Assembly (NCBI GenBank): GCA_964016885.1
Contig: OZ024740.1
Location: forward strand, 338,396,001 to 338,460,000
DNA length: 64,000 nucleotides
Reading direction: 5' to 3'
From: Eledone cirrhosa
Lineage: Eukaryota
The notes under the pieces are model-generated. The model ran no database searches. It was not told the origin of the DNA and saw nothing but the letters and a program-made list of their open reading frames with translations. This document shows positions 55,159 through 64,000 of the stretch, in pieces. The first letter of the stretch is position 1. Every line of letters starts with the position of its first letter. The position numbers were made by a program, and so were the translations under genes.

Positions 55159-55224
<66 letters not shown>

Positions 55225-55406
55225 GGTGGATTGGCAGTATCGGTTGAGGGTTGAACGCCATGCTTTCTAGCATACTTACGTCCCTTTACGGTCTGAGTTC
55301 AAATCCCGTCGAGGTTAACTTTGCCTTTCATCCTTACGGGGTCGATAAAACAAAGTACCAGTAATGTACTGGGATAATTGCTGGCCTGGTGCCAAAAGTA
55401 GAAACA

Positions 55407-55410
<4 letters not shown>
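55225..55410 (+). mobile_element. tRNA-derived SINE in (ATT)n
   Basis: Close match to 5157-5343. Confidence 0.85.
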
Positions 55411-55473
<63 letters not shown>

Positions 55474-55479
55474 CTCTAC

Positions 55480-55635
55480 TTCTTCGTTCTCAAGCACTCC
55501 TTCCAGCGGGTCATGTCAGAAGCAACTGTTTCCAACTGATCAGGCTGGATCCCCAAGCGAGACCAGCCAAGCTCATGGATATTATCCAAGCATCTTGTTC
55601 GGAGTCTACACGTGGTTCTTCCGCCCATAGTATCG
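55480..55635 (-). mobile_element. RTE LINE extreme 3' fragment
   Basis: Minus translation GGRTTCRLRTRCLDNIHELGWSRLGIQPDQLETVASDMTRW resembles RTE C-termini. Confidence 0.55.
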
Positions 55636-56082
55636 GAGGTGTGATCTCACAATTCGAAGAAATAGCGGCGCTACCCGAAATAGATCTCTGATCTCCGGGC
55701 TACGCACTCTATCGAGTAACGTTACTCCAAAAGCCCTTCAGAAGAACCCCATTTCAGCTGCTTGTATTCGTGATTGTATTTTTTCAGTCATTACCTAAGA
55801 TTCATGACCATGGGTAAAGGTTGGCACGAATACCGAACTGAAGATAACGACTTTGGCTTTTACACCTACTTCCCTTTTTCTGATTACCGAATGTTAAAAT
55901 TGGCGCAATATTACACCAGCTCATGCAATTCTTGCACTTAATTCAGCCTTTTGCTGTGAATACGGCGCCGAGATATTTCAACTTCTCCACCTGCTTCAGT
56001 AGAACTTCATTCACAGATAGCTTGCACGATACATCATTTTAAAATGGTACTGTAGAAGATCACGCCACCTAGCTTTGACGCT

Positions 56083-56301
56083 TTGACGCAGCAAGTCGCT
56101 CGGTTATGCAGGGAAAAAAGGCCGTATTCTCGGCGGCCTAGGAGTCGTTCGCGTTCTTTCGCGACTCCACGTCGGCATACTAATTTGCCCGCCAGCAATC
56201 CATTATTTTGCTGGTATCATGCCACCTTCGCGGATAAGGCAAAACATTGCCGGCGTCCATGTAAATATTTAGCTTCGGGAAATGTAGATCAGAGTCACTA
56301 A
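56083..56301 (+). pseudogene. gag: Gag C-terminal remnant
   Basis: RS-rich stretch and CWYH..FADKAKHCRRPC motif; GGGAAA possible slippery site near the end. Confidence 0.8.
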
Positions 56302-59300
56302 AGGCGGCAAGTGAACTCTGCGAGACACAACAGAACCGCCATTTCTTCATAGAGGACCTCCTGTCTGGAAGATCTTTCCTCGTAGATAGGGAGCCTCCTG
56401 CAGCATTTGGTCAGTGAACTGTGTTAAAGAAACTCCTCCTGAGTCATCAATGAATCTACAAGCTGTCAATCATTCGCCGATACGGACTTTTGGACAAATC
56501 TCGCTTCCTCTGCAATTCAGAAATCTTCGACGAGAATTCAAATGGATTTTTACGGTTGCTGACTTACCATACCCAATCTTGGGAGCGGATTTTCTACACC
56601 ATTTTGCATTGACGGTGGACGTCCGAGGCCGACGCCTAGTAGAAGACATTACTGGTTTTTCTCTTCGTGGCCAGAAAGCTAATTTTCCAACGGTTAGCCC
56701 GACCTTTTTCGTCGCTAATGCTGGGAATCCCTATCATGCATTGTTGAATTCTTTCCCACAGCTTACTCAGGGAAATTTTCGAGTTGTCGAACCGACTCAC
56801 ACAACGGAGCATTTTATCTCTACAACTGGCGCCCCAGTGTTCTCACGTCCTCGACGTTTGCCTGCGGACAAATTGACGGCAGCACGGTCCGAGTTCGACC
56901 ACATGCTGCAGCTTGGCATAATTCGCCCTTCTACGAGCCCTTGGGCTTCTCCGTTATACATGGTACCCAAGACTTCTGGCAACTGGAGACCCACTGGGGA
57001 TTATAGGAAGTTAAATGCTATAACTGTCCCGGATAGATACCCTATTCCACACCTGCAAGATTTTGCATCGTCGTTGCAGGGATGTAAAATTTTCTCGAAG
57101 CTCGATTTGGTGCGAGCCTATCATCAGATTCCTGTCAGGAAAGAAGATATTCCGAAAACGGCCATTACGACTCCATTTGGATCATTCGAATTTCTTACCA
57201 TGCCTTTCGGACTTAGGAATGCTGCTAGCACCTTTCAACGGTTCATGGATGAGGTCACTCGTGGTTTAGACTTCGCCTACACTTATATTGATGATCTGCT
57301 TATTGCTAGTTCCTCCAGAGAAGAACACATACGTCCTTTGAATCTTTTGTTTTGTCGACTCAAGGATTACAGTGTTCAAATAAATCCCACAAAATGTGTT
57401 TTGAGTGCGGAATCACTGAATTTTTTAGGTCATGTCATTGACTCTGACGGTATTCGACCTATTCCTGAGAGAGTTAAAGCTATAGAGGATTTCCCTCCAC
57501 CAACCTCACTCCGTCAGTTGCGCCAATTCTTGGGGTTGATTAATTGTTATAGGCGGTTTGTGCCTAATTGTGCTAAGCTACTCTTCTCTTTGACGGAAAT
57601 TTTGAAAAATTGCCGAAAGAAAAATAAAGACATTTCTTTGAATGAAATTCAGCTTGAGGATTTTGAGAATGCGAAAATTGCTAAAGCCAATGCATCTTTG
57701 CTGGCTCACCCAGTGTCCAATGCTAAGCTTTCTCTTTGTGTTGATGCGTCGGATACTGCAGTGGGCGCAGTTTTGCAACAAAGTAGGAATGATCAACAGC
57801 AACAGTTAGAATTTTTCTCCAGGAAGCTGAAACATGCCCAAACTCGCTACAGCACCTTTGGACGGGAGTTGTTAGCTATATACTTATCGGTGAAGCATTT
57901 TTCGCACATGCTTAAAGGAAGAACGTTCACCATCTTCACGGACCACAAACCGTTGATATTCGCCTTGAAAGCAAAGGCCGACAAATACTCGCCCAGAGAA
58001 ACTAGACATCTCGACCTCATCTCTCAATTTACTAATGATATTCAACATATTCCGGGTCCTATGAATACAATGGCCGACGCCCTGTCTCGTTTGCCGATTG
58101 CTTCGATCTCGTCGTCCGATGACATAGATTTGAATCGCTTGGCAGCCGATCAGCCTACCCTCGAATCGTTGGATGTTACATCGTCTGAATTTGTGAATTG
58201 CAAGATGAAATACCTACTATTATCGACCGCAGACGGACGGATCCTCTGCGACGTCTCTTTGGATGCGCCACACCCTTTTGTTCCGTTGAACCATCGTCGA
58301 ACTGTTTTACACGGCATTTCACATACAGGATCTTCTGCCACAGTAAAACTCATAACGGCTAGATTCTTCTGGCCAAATATGAGACGTGATATTACTGTTT
58401 CGTGCCGTTCCTGTGTTGCTTGCCAAAAAGCAAAAGTTCACAGGCATGTTAAGACTCCTCTAGGTACTTTTAGTAACCTGGACGCTCGGTTTCATCACAT
58501 TCATGTGGACATCGTGGGACCTTGGCCAATCAGCGGTGGTCATAATTACATATTGACTGTTATTGATCGTTTTTTGCGATGGCCTGAAGCCATCCCTTTG
58601 AAAGATATCACTGCTGAGACGACAGCGCGTGCCCTTGTGTCTGGATGGATCGCTCGATATGGAGTACCAACGTCAATTACCACGGACCGTGGAAGGCAGT
58701 TTCAATCGAATCTCTTCCATGAATTAACGAAAATCATCGGCGCTAAACGCATCCGAACGACTGCATATCATCCTGCTTCTAATGGAATGGTGGAGCGCTT
58801 CCACCGACAACTAAAAGCCGCTCTACGGACTTCTCCTGACTCTACACGTTGGAGCGAGTACTTCCCTATTGTGTTGTTGGGATTCGGTCAACAATAAAGG
58901 AGGACCTTGGGTTCTCCCCGGCCGAATTGTTATATGGTACTCCTCTAGCGTTACCTGGGCAAACGCTTGCCCCTGTCGATCTTGCTGCACAAGATCCGCT
59001 TTCCTACGTATCCCGTCTGCGTTCTTATTTCAGGACCTTCCGCCGATGGATACGAGGAAGCAAACTGTAAAATCTGCAGTCCCGAGGGATATTGCCTCGT
59101 GGACCCATGTGTTTGTGAGAAACGATGCTGTGAGACCACCTCTCACACAACCATACTCTGGACCCTACCGTGTAATAACTCGTTCCGAGAAACATTTCAC
59201 TGTAGACATTAAGGGTTCCAAAGAGACGGTTTCTATTGATCGACTCAAACGAGCACATTTGGACACAGACGCTATCACACCTGAGCCACAAACGCCCCTG

Positions 59301-59426
59301 TCTTTTTCTTTCGCACACACACCTGCTTCTTCGTCCCCCCCCCCATCACCAAGATATAAGACTACGACCCGTTCCGGTCGGAGGGTTCATTGGCACAAAA
59401 CACTGTGTAGCACTGTATATTTTTAA
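56300..59426 (+). pseudogene. pol: Pol (protease-RT-RNase H-integrase) with frameshifts near 56390 and in the integrase C-terminus
   Basis: [74 protein letters not shown] motif. Confidence 0.92.
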
Positions 59427-60501
59427 GCTGCCATTGTGCGGCGCTTTAATCCTGTATTTCCTATTTGAACTATTTGAACTTTTAAAAATTGTATTTACAT
59501 TTTATTATAATTGTTTCCTTTCTCGTTCTTGCATGCTTGTTTCATATGTTCTTTTGAAATTTGTTGTACCCTTCATGCTCGGTTGGGCTGATTGCTCCTT
59601 GGTTTGGGGTTTTTTGCTAGTTGCTCATCGTTTTTCTACATGCATGGTCCGATGAACCGATTTTTATTTCCATTTCTAAAAATGTGGTGGGAGGCCATGT
59701 AGAAGATCACGCCACTTAGCTTTGACTTTGGAGGCAGTCGATTAACTGCCCTTAGTTCTGACGTCAGTAGCTGAATAAACTCTCTCTCTTGAGGCGAACG
59801 GGCGAATCTCACAGTGGCGAAACAGCGATAGCACACCATGCAGTCACGGGATAATTGAAGACCGCTAATTAATGATAATTACGAATTACCAACCTAGGAA
59901 CAACTGATATGATAACCTCTTTTGTTAATTGCTCTGATTAAAATGCTCATGTACATATAATCTCGAGGTATGTTCTTTTTGCTTAATTGTGTACCTACAC
60001 CTTAACAACAATTAGAAGAGATGTTCTACCAGCTAGGGAAACGAACTCCCCTCTAAATCATAAAAACAACGCAGCCTTCTAAAATGGTGACCATCTCTCC
60101 TAAAGTACTCTCAATCAAATCGTGCGAAACCACTTTGCCGGTTTGAGAGCAGAAGCGAGTGAAGATGTATGTGTAGATTTGTCTTATACTTCGCCTTTCT
60201 TAGTTTCCTTTTCCTGGTTACTTCTGTGCGCCGGCACACTTCATTGTGTCCTTCTCTCCTGTTTTATTTTGTTCTATATTTCATCTCCCTTTCATCCACC
60301 TTGTCGACTATCTCTCTGTTGACCACTGGCTGATGGCCTCTATCCACTGAGGCATTTTTGCCCATCGCTGTCTTTGACAGCATTCAGCTGTTTTAACGGA
60401 TGTTCTAACGATGAGTTTTTACTCATTTTTATATGTATTCAAATAAACTCTCACTTCGACTCGATCAGAGACAGATTTGTTTTTCATTCATATATATATA
60501 C

Positions 60502-60542
<41 letters not shown>

Positions 60543-61654
60543 TATATTGTTATGTATGTATATTTATTTTATCATAGTTATTGTATTTTAATTTCAAATA
60601 CGAAATCGCTTCACTTTGCTAAATTTTGAAAATTATGTAAATCTTTTCCAACCTTTTATTTATACCGTTTTTCTCATTTTTCCTTTGTTTGATAATTTAT
60701 TCATTGATTTTATTCGTTGCTTATCCACAAACAAACAAACAAAAAAACCGTGTTGAAAATTAGGGTATATAGTAGTACTTGTTTCAATGCACGTCACCAT
60801 ATATATACACCAACACAATACCACCACATATATACACCAACACAATACAAAAGTATCCATAGAAACAATGAAGGCAAATGTGTAAAAAATATTAAAATGG
60901 CGTGCTACACAAATCTGACAAAAAATGAGAGAAAATATTGAAAACACGAAATTACATTTGGTATAAGGAAACATAAAATATGATTGAAATAATAAGGATA
61001 ATAATAATAATTTATATACCTAAATAATATTGACATGATTTTTATTTTTAAACAAAATACTTCAAAATATATTTTTTCCCAGTTTAAAGATGCAAACCAG
61101 ACTAATTTTGTCATATTTTTCCAGAATGCAAAATAATAAAGAAGTAAAAAATTCGTAATATTTTAAGCAAAATGAGATATTTTAGACGACAAAACAATAA
61201 TAATTTACACTAAAATAAAGAAGCGGGAAGAGAAATGAAACGAGATAATGACAAGAAAGTGCCTATGTTGTTTCTTGATCTGCAAGAAATAGAAGTCAAC
61301 CCTCTTCAAATCATATCCTATCGTGCTTATATTGGACAGAAGCATACGCCAATGTAGTTCTATTCAGAAGAAGTTCTGGTGGTCTCGACTGAAAAGCTTT
61401 TGATCATAGGTCTACTCAATGAGAGTTTACCCGGGGCTGAAGAAAAACAACAGCATATTGGTTATATCAGGAAGCTGTGGCCTCCAGAATATGCTTTCTT
61501 CTAAAAATACTAGTACATGTTACATTGCTTTATGGAGGAAATAAAAGTAATATTCAGTTTCTTTAAACTTTAACGACGACATACATACATGCATCCATGC
61601 ATACATACATACATACATACATATATACAGATATATATTTACACATATATATAT

Positions 61655-62244
<590 letters not shown>

Positions 62245-62460
62245 TAAACAAGGTTTAGCAAATAATGAAAAAGTTTCAAAATAAATTTTAAAAATTGCTA
62301 GTGATAGCTGTGGCTGGTTTGACCTACCTCCTTCTGCCTCTATCTTTACTTCGGCCCTTGATAAACCTGTTTCTACATCATCCACTCTCATCCCAGGAAG
62401 TTTTGATAGCGCTAGTCCGTAATTTAAATTCAGGAATTTTATATTCTTTGAATGAAAAGA

Positions 62461-62544
62461 ACCTTCTGACGAGAATCTTTCTTTGCAACGAAGGCCGTAT
62501 GGTCTCCGTTTTATTTTTGGGATTCGAAACCGATCGGTAAAGGT
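62461..62544 (+). ncRNA. Canonical type I hammerhead ribozyme, copy 1
   Basis: acctt-CTGACGA-gaatctt...gggattc-GAAA-CCGATCGG-TA-aaggt; predicted cleavage after 62539. Confidence 0.88.
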
Positions 62545-62942
62545 AACTATAGTAGGTAAAGTCAATTTTTTAAAATTTATTTTGAAACTTTTTCATTATT
62601 TGCTAAACCTTGTTTATATTTGTTCTGGCTCGTTAATTTATTAACCTGCCATTGAACCACACTGGCATTTGGTTGGACAATACATGCGTACATTAGCGCC
62701 TTGTGCGTGAAGGAACACATATCCTATTACTACTATCTCCTCTAAGTTGAGAACAAATTTGGTCGCTTCGACTGCTGCTAGTGATAGCTGTGGCTGGTTT
62801 GACCTACCTCCTTCTGCCTCTATCTTTACTTCGGCCCTTGATAAACCTGTTTCTACATCATCCACTCTCATCCCAGGAACAGTTTTGATAGCGCTAGTCC
62901 GTAATTTAAATTCAGGAATTTTATATTCTTTGAATGAAAAGA

Positions 62943-63026
62943 ACCTTCTGACGAGAATCTTTCTTTGCAACGAAGGCCGTATGGTCTCCGTTTTATTTTT
63001 GGGATTCGAAACCGATCGGTAAAGGT
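62943..63026 (+). ncRNA. Canonical type I hammerhead ribozyme, copy 2
   Basis: Identical to copy 1, 482 nt downstream; predicted cleavage after 63021. Confidence 0.88.
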
Positions 63027-63209
63027 AACTATAGTAGGTAAAGTCAATTTTTTAAAATTTATTTTGAAACTTTTTCATTATTTGCTAAACCTTGTTTATA
63101 TTTGTTCTGGCTCGTTAATTTATTAACCTGCCATTGAACCACACTGGCATTTGGTTGGACAATACATGCGTACCTTAGCGCCTTGTGCGTGAAGGAACAC
63201 ATATCCTAT

Positions 63210-63778
<569 letters not shown>

Positions 63779-64000
63779 GATTTACATATACATAAACTAG
63801 ACAAAGTCATGGATATATATATATGTGTTTTTGGCGACCATTCACGATGTGGCTCAATGACGAATTAATTAATTAAATAATCAACAATCAGAGCGATATA
63901 CGATAAAGTATGTTCATAGAATCATTTGATAAAATATATACATTATTTCCTCTCCCAATCAACATAATCAACCACACAAAAAGAACAATTAAACAGGGCT

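Larger units (their letters stand above)
56051..59792 (+). mobile_element. Gypsy LTR retrotransposon (CsRn1-like), internally deleted at the 5' end
   Basis: LTR start tgtagaagatcacgccac(c/t)tagctttgac at 56051 and 59698; PPT ggtgggaggcca; CHCC-type Gag end; PR-RT-RH-IN order. Confidence 0.92.

Noticed and set aside
62295-63022. Short ORFs in the 482-nt unit (81-109 aa)
   Set aside because: No recognisable domain, non-ATG starts, and a 2-nt indel between copies changes the frame

Overview
This is AT-rich, microsatellite-dense eukaryotic DNA with no host protein-coding gene that I can support. The SINE and LINE repertoire looks cephalopod (octopus-like), which is an inference. Recognisable transposons include two tandem R4/Dong-like restriction-endonuclease LINEs (one nearly intact) sitting in (CTT)n/(ATT)n, a 5'-truncated Tx1/L1-like APE-RT element in (GATA)n, a CsRn1-like Gypsy LTR element, a decayed Chapaev3-like transposase and a non-autonomous Helitron. 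There are also mariner, hAT and piggyBac MITEs, RTE/CRE/L2-CR1 fragments and about a dozen tRNA-derived SINEs. The most striking signal is a set of unrelated short non-coding elements, mostly embedded in (TA)n tracts. They are built as fold-back inverted repeats or partial tandem repeats and carry type I hammerhead ribozyme (HHR) motifs, usually with palindromic stem III. Examples are a 482-nt tandem double-HHR unit (62.2-63.2 kb), canonical HHRs at 23.9 kb and 31.05 kb, core variants (U3-A8; CCGUCGA) with long stem-II inserts, tRNA-like heads next to HHRs, and one family whose fold-back apex repeatedly falls in the predicted stem II. Together they suggest a diverse, (TA)n-targeting population of Penelope-dependent retrozyme-like elements. 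All structures were folded by eye; no search or folding program was run.
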